This document shows positions 63,780 through 64,000 of a DNA stretch of 64,000 nt, piece by piece (position 1 is the stretch's first letter; each line of letters begins with the position of its first letter). The stretch lies in the NCBI RefSeq assembly GCF_006345805.1, contig NC_043020.1, positions 15,128,001-15,192,000 on the forward strand, given 5' to 3'. The notes beneath the pieces are model-generated. The model made no database searches, was not told where the DNA came from, and saw nothing but the letters and a program-made list of their open reading frames with translations. This stretch comes from Octopus sinensis. Its lineage: Eukaryota. Position numbers and translations under genes: made by a program.

Positions 63780-64000
63780 GTAAAAAGTGAAAAAACTATC
63801 TATATTAACTATCTTTCTTATCTATATATATATATATAGATAGATAGATGTAGATATATGGGTTTCTTTCAGTTTCCATCTACCAAATCCACTCACAAGG
63901 CTTTGGTTAACTTGAGGTTATAATAGAAGACACTTGCCCAAGGTGCCATGCAGTAGGCCTGAACCCAGAACCATGTGGTTGGGAAGCAAGCTTCTTACCA

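Overview
Eukaryotic, AT-rich, repeat-dominated DNA, most likely from an octopus or other coleoid cephalopod. That assignment is inferred from the microsatellite load and from SINE/LINE families I recognise; no search was run. Most entries in the ORF track are microsatellite translations. Host-gene evidence is thin. The best case is a plus-strand signal-peptide exon (36401-36635) followed by an intron that appears to run off the window. Several short minus-strand candidate exons (29726-29752, 27300-27312, 26495-26526, 6535-6630, 5070-5108) may belong to a second, unidentified gene. The rest is transposon-derived: CR1/L2-like, RTE and R4/Dong LINEs, Penelope-like elements (PLEs), several tRNA-derived SINE families, non-autonomous Helitrons, and Tc1/mariner and piggyBac derivatives. 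Four things stand out: (1) a diverse set of PLE-associated hammerhead ribozyme motifs, some with variant cores (U3-A8, U4C, A6U); (2) two TSD-flanked multimeric SINE insertions sitting head-to-head; (3) a perfect 16-bp hairpin that pairs the acceptor of a candidate exon with an internal alternative donor; (4) many fold-back palindromes at retroelement ends. No CRISPR array, rRNA or genuine tRNA gene was seen. Coordinates were counted by hand, and TE boundaries are approximate unless TSDs or TIRs are quoted.
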